NCBI GenBank assembly: GCA_030827365.1
Contig: JAUREO010000002.1
Coordinates: 10,928 to 74,927, forward strand
Reading direction: 5' to 3'
DNA from: Poseidonia sp.
GTDB lineage: Archaea; Thermoplasmatota; Poseidoniia; Poseidoniales; Poseidoniaceae
Length of the DNA stretch: 64,000 nucleotides
Shown here: piece by piece, positions 47,975 to 58,413 of the stretch
How the letters are laid out: each line of letters opens with the position of its first letter
How positions within the stretch are numbered: the stretch's first letter is position 1
Translations under genes and position numbers: made by a program
The notes under the pieces: model-generated
The model's database searches: none
What the model was told of the DNA's origin: nothing
The model's input: only the letters and a program-made list of their open reading frames with translations

Positions 47975-50200
47975 TTATTCTTCGTTTTGATTTGAGCCAA
48001 AATCAAACAATGTTGTTCGATTTGGCTTTGCTTCAACAGTTTGATTTGATTCAATTGCACCTGTACGAACGCCGGATGGATTCAATTCAATGCTGGATGA
48101 AAATCGTTGTTCATCCCAAATCTCTACCCCAAGTGTCTCAGCTTTCGCTCGTTTGGAACCTGCATTTTCTCCAGCGAGGAGGACGGATAATTTGCTTGAC
48201 ACACTACCGACCACCTTGCCACCATGCATCCGGATGAGGTCCTCAAATTCTTTTCGGCCTTGGCTTAGTGTTCCTGTAATACAAAATGTCATTCCATCAA
48301 ATACAGCACCTGCCGTTGAGGTCACGACTTCATTTTCGACATTGACATGCTTCATGAGTTCGACGATCATCGCCATTCGAACATGAAGACCGTCGCGAAT
48401 GTGCAAAGCCACAACATCACCTACGCCTTCAATGGCTTGCATTTGTCGAAGTGCTTGATTCTCAGAATACGGTTTTCCTTGTTCATCTTTCTGAGGGCCA
48501 AACTGTTCACTATCAGTCTCAGCAAACGCAAGTTCAACCCATTCTAAAAGGGATTGAAGTGATTGCAAATGTTTTGCGATGGCCATGCCAAGTTCTGGGC
48601 CAATTCCAGGAAGCCCGAGGGCATGAAGGAATTTTGAAAGGGTCATCGTTTTGGTTTTTTCAAGTTCACCAAGAACATTGAGAGAGGACTTTTCACCCAT
48701 TCGCTCAAGGCTTTGTAAATCATCAAGGGTCAATGTGTACAAATCTGCAATTGAAGAAATTTTGCCTGCTTCGAGCAACTGTTCAACTAATTTTTCGCCA
48801 ACGCCATCCATTTCCAAAGCACGACACCAGTACAATATTGCACGACCTGTTCGAGCGGTACATGCAAGGTTGATGCATTTGAGAAATGCACCTTCCAATT
48901 CCACTTCGCCTGAACAAGCTGGGCAAGTATTTGGAATTAGAATGTCAAATGATGTGGGAAGCTGCCCGTTAAATTGCGAACCATCGGCGTGAAATCGGTT
49001 GTTCAAATCATGCTGTGAAGCCTTACCTAAACTCGATTCTATTTTTGGAATCACGTCGCCCCTTCTGACAATTTTGACTTTGTCGCCAATGGCTAAACCA
49101 AGTCGTTCAATCTCTCCGACATTGTGCAATGTTGTGTTTTCAACGGTCACTCCTCCTACCCTTTGGGGAGCAATCTTCGCTACGGGGGTGATGTTACCAG
49201 TTCTCCCGGTTTGCCAAACAACATCGAGGAGAACAGAAGTGGCTTCTTCTGGTGGGAATTTCCAAGCAAGAGCCCACCTCGGGTGATGTGCTGTTTTTCC
49301 AAGTTGTTCTCGATACTGTAAATCATCGACCTTGAAGACGACGCCATCGATTTCGTATCTAAAACCTGAACGCTTCTTCTTCCACTCAAGCGTAACATCA
49401 CGCAATGCTTCAATGGATGTTTCAGGCATTTTAGAACGATGAATACTCCATTCTGCAGGCTCGATGGTTGAATGTTCGATAAGCCAAGCAAGCACTTCGG
49501 AATCATAGGTAAAATGTGGAGGTGCGTCGCTTTTCGTATGACGGAAGTGCTCCTTAGGAAATTGGGCATCGTAGGCATGGAATCGTAAATCCGCGGCGTC
49601 TGCTTTTCCAATTTCCAATTTCTGCCGCAATGCTCCAGCCGCAAGATTACGGGGATTTGGCGAAATGTGTTTGTATTTTGACTCAAAAATATCGAGCGGC
49701 ATCACCACTTCACCTCGCACATGAATGTCGATATTTGCATTCAATTGAATAGGAATGTTGGGTATTTTGAGCACGTTTCTCGTGACATCTTCGCCCCGTT
49801 CACCGCTTCCTCTCGTCGCTGCACGAACAAGACGGCCGCGTCGATATTCGATGGATAAGGCTGAACCATCGAGTTTGGGTTGTGCTAAGAAATTCAAAGC
49901 ACCATTTGTTGTCGTTCGAACAAAATGGGCAATTTCATCTTCGGTCGTTGCTTTATCCAAACTCAACATTGGAAACATATGGTCGACTTTTTGTGTGCCT
50001 GGGTCTATGTCTGCACCAACTCGGTTGAGTTGTGGATGCTCTGGAGAAAGTCTTTTGAGTTCATCCCATAGTTCATCGAATTCAGCATCTGTAATTTCAG
50101 TCTGGGCTTGATTGTAGTACAGATCGGAATGGTACGCAACTTGTTCTGCAAGCCATGAAATGCGCTCTACGACGGGCAACTGTGCGTCGTCTTGAGCCAT
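47975..50200 (-). CDS. ligA: NAD(+)-dependent DNA ligase
   Basis: Adenylation motif FLAQPKLDGSALS (KxDG). OB fold, Zn-finger Cys (CPACSGEVELEGAFLKCINLAC), HhH region and C-terminal BRCT (MTFCITGTL...GGKVV). Start at MAQDDAQLP. Confidence 0.85.
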   Translation of the reverse strand: MAQDDAQLPVVERISWLAEQVAYHSDLYYNQAQTEITDAEFDELWDELKRLSPEHPQLNRVGADIDPGTQKVDHMFPMLSLDKATTEDEIAHFVRTTTNGALNFLAQPKLDGSALSIEYRRGRLVRAATRGSGERGEDVTRNVLKIPNIPIQLNANIDIHVRGEVVMPLDIFESKYKHISPNPRNLAAGALRQKLEIGKADAADLRFHAYDAQFPKEHFRHTKSDAPPHFTYDSEVLAWLIEHSTIEPAEWSIHRSKMPETSIEALRDVTLEWKKKRSGFRYEIDGVVFKVDDLQYREQLGKTAHHPRWALAWKFPPEEATSVLLDVVWQTGRTGNITPVAKIAPQRVGGVTVENTTLHNVGEIERLGLAIGDKVKIVRRGDVIPKIESSLGKASQHDLNNRFHADGSQFNGQLPTSFDILIPNTCPACSGEVELEGAFLKCINLACTARTGRAILYWCRALEMDGVGEKLVEQLLEAGKISSIADLYTLTLDDLQSLERMGEKSSLNVLGELEKTKTMTLSKFLHALGLPGIGPELGMAIAKHLQSLQSLLEWVELAFAETDSEQFGPQKDEQGKPYSENQALRQMQAIEGVGDVVALHIRDGLHVRMAMIVELMKHVNVENEVVTSTAGAVFDGMTFCITGTLSQGRKEFEDLIRMHGGKVVGSVSSKLSVLLAGENAGSKRAKAETLGVEIWDEQRFSSSIELNPSGVRTGAIESNQTVEAKPNRTTLFDFGSNQNEE

Positions 50201-50240
50201 ATTTCTCCAACTCTTCAACCATTCTTGAACCCTTGCGCAC

Positions 50241-50819
50241 CTACTCAAGGAAGTTCAATTGGCCTGTTGATAGGTCATAGATGCATGTCACGATTTTGAC
50301 TTCACCGTTAGTCACTGCACGGGCGATAATGTCGGAATGTTTGGTCAACCTCTTCGCTGTTTGAATGGTTGAAGATTGCACCGCGTTGGTTGTATCATCT
50401 GCTTGTCCTTCAATGAGATGAGAGATATGCTCAACGAGGTGCAACAGATTTGGTGATTGGGGCGAATGCCCTTCCAAATGTTGCATGGTTGCCCCTATAG
50501 CACCACACATGGTGTGCCCCATAACAACGATGAGTGGGCAATTCAACTGGACAACTGCGAATTCTAAACTTGCAATTTGAGTCTCTGTTGCTATGGCACC
50601 TGCAGTTTTTACGACAAAAATATCACCAAACGACATGTCGAAAATAAAGGCTGGAATGGCTCTTGAATCTGAACACGTCAAAACACTCGCCAATGGATTC
50701 TGTCCCTGAACTTGCGTGCTTGAGGTCGCAGTTTCGAGATTAAAATTCGATTGTTGACTTCCAGTAAGAAACCGCTGGTGGCCATTCATGAGTTGTTCAA
50801 ACGCCTCGTCTGGACTCAT
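50241..50819 (-). CDS. beta-class carbonic anhydrase
   Basis: CSDSR and HTMCGA zinc-ligand motifs. About 190 aa from the internal ATG; the track extends to 50921. Confidence 0.75.
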   Translation of the reverse strand: MSPDEAFEQLMNGHQRFLTGSQQSNFNLETATSSTQVQGQNPLASVLTCSDSRAIPAFIFDMSFGDIFVVKTAGAIATETQIASLEFAVVQLNCPLIVVMGHTMCGAIGATMQHLEGHSPQSPNLLHLVEHISHLIEGQADDTTNAVQSSTIQTAKRLTKHSDIIARAVTNGEVKIVTCIYDLSTGQLNFLE

Positions 50820-50877
50820 GCTGGTGCCCTCCCCATCACTTCCTAAAGCAGAGAGTTGAAGAAAATTGAGGATGATT

Positions 50878-51507
50878 CTACTCCTCTTGGGAGAATGTTT
50901 CAGATTGTGTAAATCGTTCAATTCGATGTTTTGCTTTTTCTAAATCGTGATATTCTCCCCCGAGCGGCAGAGGTGCAAATGGACCCCAACCCTTTCGGAG
51001 CAGCATGATTCGAGAACGAGGTTGGCGTTTTGCAAGTTTTAGCCTACCCCATTCATACCGCTGTCCATCTGCAAACAGGTGGGTTGGAGTAATGGCGTAT
51101 CGTTTTGGAATCAAAAGAGAAATAAAATGGAGACCAAGAAGGACATCCCAAGCAATCGCATATCCAACGGGTGTATCAGATACGCTAAGTAACGCCCAAG
51201 GAAGAACCATCATTGCTGCCATTGAAAGTAAATTACCCCACTGACGGGCTAGCTCATGAACGCCTTCGCTTGACCAACTAAAAGATTCATTTGGCAACTC
51301 ACCTAAAATTGGTACATCTGTTCGTTGTTTGGTAAGCCAATATCCATCCCAAAGAACAATGATGGCAAGAACTGCAACACAAGCTGAGGCAACTGCATCT
51401 GTGGTCAATATGGAAATTGGGCTCACGTTTTTTCCCTCATCACGGGTTATCAAAAACGTCTCGTTTTTGAAGCGAGGAAAGGTCAAGTGCTTCAGCAGCA
51501 GAACCAT
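50878..51507 (-). CDS. membrane protein, hypothetical
   Basis: 3-4 TM helices. The ATG start at 51507 overlaps the upstream giant gene by 68 bp. An alternative GTG start at 51426 avoids the overlap. Confidence 0.35.
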   Translation of the reverse strand: MVLLLKHLTFPRFKNETFLITRDEGKNVSPISILTTDAVASACVAVLAIIVLWDGYWLTKQRTDVPILGELPNESFSWSSEGVHELARQWGNLLSMAAMMVLPWALLSVSDTPVGYAIAWDVLLGLHFISLLIPKRYAITPTHLFADGQRYEWGRLKLAKRQPRSRIMLLRKGWGPFAPLPLGGEYHDLEKAKHRIERFTQSETFSQEE

Positions 51508-54500
51508 CGCCCTTTCTTGCCCTCATCAACAGCAAAGCCACAAGAACGATGAGAAGAATTGCTGCGAGGAGTGTTAAACTTAGATTGTCTTCACTCTTGT
51601 CATTATCTTGACTTTCAAGGACATCAGGAATGCCATTTCCATCATCATCATCATCTTCGGTGAGTAATGTCGTTGCCCCTACTGGGCAATCGATGGTATC
51701 GGGTTGTCCGTCGCCATCAGTATCGAATGCTGCACAGGGATCGAGGGGGAAGTCGTCTTTTTCATCTGAAACTCCGTCGTCATCATCGTCCCCATCGTAA
51801 ACATCTGGCCCACACGACCGGCCATTTGCCGCATCAAACCATGTTGCTGCATCGCAAGATGATAGCCAATCTCTGTCCGTATCGAGAAGCGTAACTTCAA
51901 AGTCAACGCTCTTCGATGTGGTACTGCCAAGCGAATCAGATACTTCTACCACGAGAATATAGTACCCTGCTGAAAGGCCAGTCAAATGGTTTGTACTCGT
52001 GCCTTCCTGATCGTACACCTCAGTGCCTTGAGAATCCTCGACTGACCAACGAATGGTCAAGTCATCCACTTCATCAAGATCATCGCTTACCGTTATTTCG
52101 CCATGCAAAGACTCGGTTTCCATAATTCGTTGGCCAGGATAAGGCGACACAACGGTGACCACTGGTGCTTGATTTGGGGTGAGTGAAAGAATGATGATGT
52201 TCTCTTCCAATTCTTGAGGATTGAAGGTTGCTTCTTCGCTCGGATGACCTTCAGCTTTCGCTATGATTGAAATGGATGACACAATTTGGTCTTCTGTTTC
52301 GGTGTACTTTTGAACAAGCAATTCAATTGAAAGTCCTACACCATTAGCCTGCATAGTTTCATCGGTCAAACCATCAATTGACCATGTCATCATAGCAGGA
52401 ATGGGAGTTCCATCAAGCTGTGCCTCGACCAAGAACGTACTGAAGACCTCGACTTCTGCGCCTTCGGAGAGTGAGGTGGTTTCTATCTCGCTATCGAGAA
52501 TGGATAAATGAGAATGATAGGCTTGCACATCTCCTTCAATCGTCACATCTTCAATTCGAAGGTTGTACCGATCGGTTGCAATGGCAGTGCTTGCTGAAAT
52601 TGACACATCTCGCAAGAGCGCCGTAGCAGAATTTCCTTGTTCATCTTCATGGAATGAAATTCCAATAGCGTAGTTTTCTACCGTCGCATCAATCAATCGT
52701 ATGGACGAAGAAAATTTTCCATGTTCTACGTCAATTCCGGTTCCAACGCCTGAACCTGTTGCTTGAATGGAAGAGAGAAGCCCAGCAGATTCAATGATTT
52801 CAAGAGCTGGTGAACCTGTCAACATGAGGTCATGAATTTCAAATCCAACGCTCTCGTCAATTCGAATGACAGGGCCATTTGTTGATGTCGCATCAATATT
52901 TGAGAGGTGCATCGATTCATCAATTCCGTAAACCTCGATAAATGGAGATGAACCAGCGAAATCGTCAGTTTCAACATACGAAAGAGAACCTGCACTCGCC
53001 AAGAGTTGAATGCCTCTCGACATCGTACCTTCGAAATGAATGTTGGAGATATCAATTTCAGTCTGTTGAACAGACAATCCCACATCACCACAATCGGTCA
53101 TTGTCACATCGGTCATTCGAATCATAGCATTTGATGGATAGGCCATAACACAGGCAAGTCCTGCATTTGAAAATGAAGAATTGGTTATTTCAACTTGTGC
53201 TGAACTTCCCGATGCCACCACCATGAGGGATTCTGCACCAGAACGGGCGAATGTCGCACCGTTGGCGATGAGGGTACCCGATCCACCACCGACATGTATG
53301 GCCGGTGAAGTTTCAACAATCGAAGTACCTGTCAATTCAATGAGAGAACCAGCGGCAGTTCCTGTTTCAAGTCCACCCCAAGGGACACCGCCCCCTGTTG
53401 AAGACAGCATGGCTTGGCCAGCATCGAGTTGTCCATTGACAGTAATCGAAGCATCCGATGCAATTCGCAATTCAACACCATCGTTGATGGTAAGAATACC
53501 CGACATACCGATAGTAAGAGAATCAGTGAGGACATAAGGGCTCCATCGCTTTTCAAGGACGAGCCAATCGTTGAGTACACCTGTTGGTACTGTTGAAACC
53601 ATGAACGTATGGTCCAGTGAAGCATTGGTCTCCCATGAAATAAAATCGTTAAACGAACCATATTGCAAGGTAATGACTTTTCGGCCACCCCAAACTTCAC
53701 TCATCTCATCAACCACTCGAGCATTCAAAAAAGCGGTGACTTGACCAAACTCATCGGTTTGAGATGTCGCACCATCGATGGAAATAATCGCACCAGAAAT
53801 CGGTGTTCCTTTATCGAGTACGGTGACAAACAGGGATGACTTTAACGTAATTTTTGCACCTGTCCACGCTGTAATTTCTCCATCCACAAAACCATTCAAA
53901 AGGTCAATTTCACAATTGGGCTGAAGGGTCATGTGCCCTATGATGAACAACGATTCTGTTTGGCGCTTGCTCAAGCATGACCAGGTTACATCACCAACAA
54001 TATCGAACGGGCCATTTGACCCAGACACAAACGAGGAGGCCCCTAAACTCAACAAATCTGTTGTTAGCACAGCATGGGTTCCATACAATGTTCCACTACC
54101 TTCGATTTGTACACTAGAGCCGGATGGAACGATGACTTCAGTATTCACAAGGGTCAACTGGGCATTGGTTTGAATGGTTAAATCGCCTCCAAGCACATGG
54201 GCTTGTCCATCAGGTCTTGGTCCGAGAACAACCGATTGCCCACTTGAAATTGTCCAAGAACCTTGAGGAATGACTGGAACTTGAACACTTTGTCCACTCT
54301 GTCCACCATACAATGTTGTACGAACACCTGCACCAAAGTATGTCACATCTGCAACCGAGCCGGAACTCACCAAAGGCAGGTTTGCAGCCCCATTGCTGTT
54401 GCTCGTCATTTCAAAACCATGAACGACGATGTTTGCTTCGATGGGTGAACTGACCAAATCGGTGAATGTTATTGGAGTTTCAATCAATTGGTACGACGCA

Positions 54501-56131
54501 GTCGTTGAAATGGTGGGATTGAGATTTGAGCCGTAGTACAATGTACCATCACCGAGCGCATCGGCTGAATTTGGTGCAGTATTGATCGGTTTGAAAAATC
54601 GGATATTTGCTAAAGCACCGTTTTCAAGCAATAATGGTGTCTGATGCAATTCAGCAGTCCAATTTTCAATTTGAAGAGGGGCAGTTCCTTCAAATTCAAC
54701 TCCAGTGTCAGAGGATTGGGTGGTTAATTCTTGAATTTTAAGTCTTGAATTTTCAGCGTCGATTCCAACATCAACACCCTGTTTGACCGAAAGTTGTTGA
54801 CTATCCATCGTCGTGGAATCGACAACGAGTCCGGTACTCCAACCGCTGAAATCGAGGGATGTTGCCGACATGATGCTGTACCAGATGTACATGCCAGTCG
54901 ATGAATGGTCTTGAGAAGAATAAGGTTTCATGATGGTCGCACCATCCCAATCATGGATTCCTTGAACAAGGGATATCGCTCTGGAATTCGATGTGAGATT
55001 GAAAAATGAGTCTTGTACGATCGTCGTAGCACCCTGAGAGTCGAGTGCTGATTCTGTGGCTTCGATTGATGATTGTGATAGTGTCAAGGTGCCCGTACCA
55101 ACGATATCAATACCGCGAACTGCATTGCTAATGTCGAGTGCATCAAACTGAAACGGTCCATTTCCTGTCAATTGTATTGCTTTGGAAACATTGGTCATCG
55201 ACAGTTCACTAAAATCACAAGCTGAGGTACAACGAACATCCATAGCATATCGTTGTTCGGTTGTTGAGCCAGAAAACAACGCATCGTCTACAACGATTGA
55301 TTGTGCACCTGAAGCAAACAAAAATCGTTGGCCCTCAAACGCTCCTCGGTGGATTTCAATGTCATCAGAATCTCCTGCATCAATCGATAGCACCGTATCA
55401 AAACTCACAGAATCGTTCACTCGCATTTGCACCCCAGATTGACTGACATATCCAATCGTGGAATTGTAAACGCCCGATTGGTCGATGTCCAACACACCAG
55501 AAATGCCTTTGAATCCAATTCCAGCTTCGTGAATAGCAAGATTGGAAATTGAGGATTGCCCCTCGGATTGAACACCAATACTTACAGCAGAAAATGTTCC
55601 TTGGTCCAATGAAAGCATTCCAGAGGATTCGATGCGAACACCATCGAAATCCATGTATTCAATTTCAACTGAAGTTGCGGACACCGATCCGCCATCAATT
55701 CGGATTCCAATGTACGAATGATTCAAGTGAATGCTATCAAGTTGAGCAGTTCCTTCGACATACAATGCAGATTCAGCATTTGAAATTTGTATGTCATTCA
55801 GAAAGACCGAGCCACCTGGGGCAACATGTATGCCCGGCCACATACCTTGGCCTTGAGAACCGCCAGTCAGTGGGGGTTCAGATGAAAAAAATGTTGTGTT
55901 CGATGCTCGAAGTACGCCTTCAACAAGAATAGAATATGTCTTCGCATCGACGGTTGAAAAATCTTCGATGGTGAGTGTTGCTCCTGACGTAATTGTGAGG
56001 TTTCCTTGCATGGTATAATCATCTGCAGGCCAAGTCGTTGTGGTTGACACTGTTGTGTCTGCCGCTTGGATGGTCATCACAAAAATTGCTGACAGCATGA
56101 GGCCTGAGAGAAAAAGTGCATACCTTCTCAT
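51440..56131 (-). CDS. giant surface protein with right-handed parallel beta-helix repeats, TSP3-like Asp-rich calcium-binding repeats and C-terminal TM anchor
   Basis: Signal peptide MRRYALFLSGLMLSAIFVMTIQA. Long Gly/Ser/Thr/Asn-rich beta-helix-like periodicity. C-terminal DTDRDWLSSCD, DGDDDDDGVSDEKDDFPLDPC, DTDGDGQPDTIDCP and DDDDDGNGIPD, then TM LLAAILLIVLVALLLM. The track start at 56269 would run over the tRNA; I use the ATG at 56131. Confidence 0.65.
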   Translation of the reverse strand: MRRYALFLSGLMLSAIFVMTIQAADTTVSTTTTWPADDYTMQGNLTITSGATLTIEDFSTVDAKTYSILVEGVLRASNTTFFSSEPPLTGGSQGQGMWPGIHVAPGGSVFLNDIQISNAESALYVEGTAQLDSIHLNHSYIGIRIDGGSVSATSVEIEYMDFDGVRIESSGMLSLDQGTFSAVSIGVQSEGQSSISNLAIHEAGIGFKGISGVLDIDQSGVYNSTIGYVSQSGVQMRVNDSVSFDTVLSIDAGDSDDIEIHRGAFEGQRFLFASGAQSIVVDDALFSGSTTEQRYAMDVRCTSACDFSELSMTNVSKAIQLTGNGPFQFDALDISNAVRGIDIVGTGTLTLSQSSIEATESALDSQGATTIVQDSFFNLTSNSRAISLVQGIHDWDGATIMKPYSSQDHSSTGMYIWYSIMSATSLDFSGWSTGLVVDSTTMDSQQLSVKQGVDVGIDAENSRLKIQELTTQSSDTGVEFEGTAPLQIENWTAELHQTPLLLENGALANIRFFKPINTAPNSADALGDGTLYYGSNLNPTISTTASYQLIETPITFTDLVSSPIEANIVVHGFEMTSNSNGAANLPLVSSGSVADVTYFGAGVRTTLYGGQSGQSVQVPVIPQGSWTISSGQSVVLGPRPDGQAHVLGGDLTIQTNAQLTLVNTEVIVPSGSSVQIEGSGTLYGTHAVLTTDLLSLGASSFVSGSNGPFDIVGDVTWSCLSKRQTESLFIIGHMTLQPNCEIDLLNGFVDGEITAWTGAKITLKSSLFVTVLDKGTPISGAIISIDGATSQTDEFGQVTAFLNARVVDEMSEVWGGRKVITLQYGSFNDFISWETNASLDHTFMVSTVPTGVLNDWLVLEKRWSPYVLTDSLTIGMSGILTINDGVELRIASDASITVNGQLDAGQAMLSSTGGGVPWGGLETGTAAGSLIELTGTSIVETSPAIHVGGGSGTLIANGATFARSGAESLMVVASGSSAQVEITNSSFSNAGLACVMAYPSNAMIRMTDVTMTDCGDVGLSVQQTEIDISNIHFEGTMSRGIQLLASAGSLSYVETDDFAGSSPFIEVYGIDESMHLSNIDATSTNGPVIRIDESVGFEIHDLMLTGSPALEIIESAGLLSSIQATGSGVGTGIDVEHGKFSSSIRLIDATVENYAIGISFHEDEQGNSATALLRDVSISASTAIATDRYNLRIEDVTIEGDVQAYHSHLSILDSEIETTSLSEGAEVEVFSTFLVEAQLDGTPIPAMMTWSIDGLTDETMQANGVGLSIELLVQKYTETEDQIVSSISIIAKAEGHPSEEATFNPQELEENIIILSLTPNQAPVVTVVSPYPGQRIMETESLHGEITVSDDLDEVDDLTIRWSVEDSQGTEVYDQEGTSTNHLTGLSAGYYILVVEVSDSLGSTTSKSVDFEVTLLDTDRDWLSSCDAATWFDAANGRSCGPDVYDGDDDDDGVSDEKDDFPLDPCAAFDTDGDGQPDTIDCPVGATTLLTEDDDDDGNGIPDVLESQDNDKSEDNLSLTLLAAILLIVLVALLLMRARKGDGSAAEALDLSSLQKRDVFDNP

Positions 56132-56221
56132 GACAAGTTGTAGTCCCTTGTCCTTATCAAATTGAGGTCTTAGAGTCTTCAATCGAGGTCGACTTGTGGA
56201 AACTTGACGCAATTGTGGAAG

Positions 56222-56296
56222 TGGGCCCGCCCGGATTTGAACCGGGGTCTGACGGCCCCCAGCCGCCAAGTATAGGCCAAGCTAACCCACGGGCCC
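56222..56296 (-). tRNA. tRNA-Pro (anticodon GGG)
   Basis: Hand fold of the reverse complement. Acceptor GGGCCCG/CGGGCCC (7 bp perfect). T-arm CCCGG-TTCAAAT-CCGGG. Anticodon stem GGCGG/CCGTC with loop CTGGGGG. D-loop AGCTTGG. Discriminator A. CCA not encoded. D-stem is imperfect and the variable loop is 4 nt. Confidence 0.6.
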
Positions 56297-56307
56297 GAAT
56301 GTTAATC

Positions 56308-56511
56308 TTACAAACGTGCTGCACTGAAAGGTGCAACCTCAGTAATGAGGTCGATGTGACCAACATACATTCGGCGGCAACAATATCGCTTCAAACCGAT
56401 TCCGTCGAGTGCTTCTGCGACTTCTTTTCCTGCCGCAACAAGTTCGTTGAATTCTTCCCATTTGTGAGCAATAACGCCACCACAACTGAAACATCGTACT
56501 GGTATAATCAT
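56308..56511 (-). CDS. rpoN: DNA-directed RNA polymerase subunit N (Rpo10/Rpb10)
   Basis: MIIPVRCFSCGGVIAHKWEEF...RYCCRRM, the characteristic Rpb10 zinc-bundle. 67 aa. Confidence 0.85.
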   Translation of the reverse strand: MIIPVRCFSCGGVIAHKWEEFNELVAAGKEVAEALDGIGLKRYCCRRMYVGHIDLITEVAPFSAARL

Positions 56512-56520
56512 GCAATCGCC

Positions 56521-56955
56521 TCATCGGTAGGACTTTTGTTTCTTGCGGCGAGCACCGCGTCCAAGTTGGTGCTTCGGTTCTTTGCGTCGTGGGTCGTTGA
56601 CAAGGAGGCTACGGTCGAATCGAAGATATTCGTCTCGTAGGTCTTCATCAACGCCTTCTGCACCACCGTTGTAGTGCACAAGACCACGTGCAATTGCGGT
56701 TCGAATAGCATCTGTTTGACCCATGATTCCACCGCCTGAAGTGACGACACTAATATCCACTTTACCAAGTCGATTCATGGCATCAGCGATGATGAGTGGT
56801 TCCATGGTCTTTCGTCGTGCAAGTTCAGGTTGCATAATCTCAACCGGTTCGGAATTGATTCGAACGCGGCCTTGACCTGGCTTCACAGTTGCACGGGCAA
56901 CAGCGGTCTTTCGCTTTCCTGACATCTCAACGGACTTCTTTTTCTTAGCCATCAT
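56521..56955 (-). CDS. rps9: 30S ribosomal protein S9 (uS9)
   Basis: [23 protein letters not shown]...[21 protein letters not shown]...[13 protein letters not shown], with the C-terminal basic tail typical of uS9. Confidence 0.9.
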   Translation of the reverse strand: MMAKKKKSVEMSGKRKTAVARATVKPGQGRVRINSEPVEIMQPELARRKTMEPLIIADAMNRLGKVDISVVTSGGGIMGQTDAIRTAIARGLVHYNGGAEGVDEDLRDEYLRFDRSLLVNDPRRKEPKHQLGRGARRKKQKSYR

Positions 56956-57470
56956 GCTTCACCTCCGTTCCATCGGTGTGAAGGAGCGCCAAGATGTTGA
57001 CTGACTTCACCGAGTAAGACGAATCGCTCTGGGTTTTTCCCTCGAATAGCTGAATCATCGCCACTTGTATGACCTGCTGGAAGGTCACCAGCCAAATGAC
57101 TTGGGCATCCGATTTCAACACGTAGGTTTCGGAGGGCTCTGCGACCGCTGCTCTTCTTTTGGTATGGCAACATACCTCGAACAGCACGCTTGAAAATCAT
57201 GTCAGGCATTCTTGGGAAGTATGGTCCCTTTCGTGCATGGTTAAGTTCATACTTTTCTTGGTATCGGGAGAAAACAGCGGTTGAGCGTCCTGAAATCATT
57301 GCCTTTTCAGCATTGATAACAACCACTTTGTCATCTCTGTCTTCTCTTGCAGCCTTGAGGAGGATTTCAGCCACAGTGGACGCTAATCGTCCCATGACAA
57401 CTCCTTCGGCATTGAATACATAAGTTGTTTCAGCCAAGGATAACCACCCCCGATCCTGTTGGGTTTTCAT
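56952..57470 (-). CDS. rpl13: 50S ribosomal protein L13 (uL13)
   Basis: [21 protein letters not shown]...[12 protein letters not shown] matches the uL13 core. The start overlaps the L18e 3' end by about 40 nt. Confidence 0.8.
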   Translation of the reverse strand: MKTQQDRGWLSLAETTYVFNAEGVVMGRLASTVAEILLKAAREDRDDKVVVINAEKAMISGRSTAVFSRYQEKYELNHARKGPYFPRMPDMIFKRAVRGMLPYQKKSSGRRALRNLRVEIGCPSHLAGDLPAGHTSGDDSAIRGKNPERFVLLGEVSQHLGAPSHRWNGGEA

Positions 57471-57795
57471 TCATTAGTTCACTATAGGTTAAACATCGAC
57501 CACCAGCGGCCTCAATCTTTTCACGTGCACCTGAACTTACACTGTAGGCGGCGATGGTATGGCTTTTGGTGACCTCACCTGACCCAAGGAGTTTGCCTGG
57601 AACGACCACGACTGAACCGTCGGGTGCGTATCTGCTTACTCTGCTTAGGTTTGGTTGCGCCCAATTCTTTCGACTCTTTTGGAGACGAACTGCCACATCT
57701 CGCCAAACAGCAGAACCGGTTTCACGAGACTGTGCCTTTAACTGATCGATAACCTCAACCAATTGCGCATTTGTCTTTCGTTCTGGGTTGCTCAT
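57430..57795 (-). CDS. rpl18e: 50S ribosomal protein L18e (eL18)
   Basis: TNAQLVEVIDQLKAQSRETGSAVWRDVA...VVVVPGKLLGSGEV...IAAYSVSSGAREKIEAAGG matches archaeal L18e. Confidence 0.85.
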   Translation of the reverse strand: MSNPERKTNAQLVEVIDQLKAQSRETGSAVWRDVAVRLQKSRKNWAQPNLSRVSRYAPDGSVVVVPGKLLGSGEVTKSHTIAAYSVSSGAREKIEAAGGRCLTYSELMNENPTGSGVVILG

Positions 57796-57888
57796 TTGAC
57801 TCCCTCGATGCTAGAAGCATGTCGCCGACCCCACTACCCATTAAGAAGTCACCGACGCGAAGAAGCGCTCTTTTTTATTGAAATACGC

Positions 57889-58365
57889 TTACTCGGGGAG
57901 ATATACTTCGCCCTTTGCATCAAGAATTTCAATGGCCAAATCTGACTTATTTGCTTCCTTGAGAATTTCATCGTGGACTTGGTCAGAGAAGTCATCAAGG
58001 GCTTCAAGTGAAGTGATTCCGCCAAATTCTTTGAGTTCGTCAATGAGATGATTCAAGACACAACTTACGCCATATGCATGGCCGACCCTAAAGGTATGGT
58101 CTACTTCTCCAGGCTCCATATCTTCAACTCTAAGTTGCAAAAGAACCGAATTCGAATACGAAAAGACGGCCCCGTAAATTGCCTCAATAATCTGTGCTGC
58201 TTCAAAGTCACCAAGTAACGATTGTGCTTCTGCAAGAGCGTGTCGGCTCGCTTCCTGATACTTGTTGTATGCTTGCAAGACATCTTGATTCTCAAGTTCC
58301 ATCGCTGATCCTACCATTGATTTCCAGTCATCCATGGTCAGCGGACAAAAGTTCCACTCTTTCAA
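57889..58365 (-). CDS. small acidic hypothetical protein upstream of rpl18e
   Basis: 158 aa (likely shorter; internal Met at MDDWKS or MELENQ). No motif. It occupies the position where rpoD usually sits, but it lacks RpoD features. Confidence 0.35.
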   Translation of the reverse strand: MKEWNFCPLTMDDWKSMVGSAMELENQDVLQAYNKYQEASRHALAEAQSLLGDFEAAQIIEAIYGAVFSYSNSVLLQLRVEDMEPGEVDHTFRVGHAYGVSCVLNHLIDELKEFGGITSLEALDDFSDQVHDEILKEANKSDLAIEILDAKGEVYLPE

Positions 58366-58413
58366 TGTTCGGCATGGAGATTCACAAAGGAATCTTAACC
58401 TGCGGTTTCAAAC

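Noticed and set aside
50878-51507. 68-bp overlap between the membrane-protein ORF and the 3' end of the beta-helix giant gene
   Set aside because: Probably a start-codon over-extension. A GTG at 51426 gives a non-overlapping start. It is not evidence of a frameshift or fusion.
56157-56640. ORFs 56157..56366 (-) and 56194..56640 (+) covering the tRNA-Pro locus
   Set aside because: They overlap a well-folded tRNA and the rpoN gene. The G/P-rich translation comes from reading through the GC-rich tRNA.
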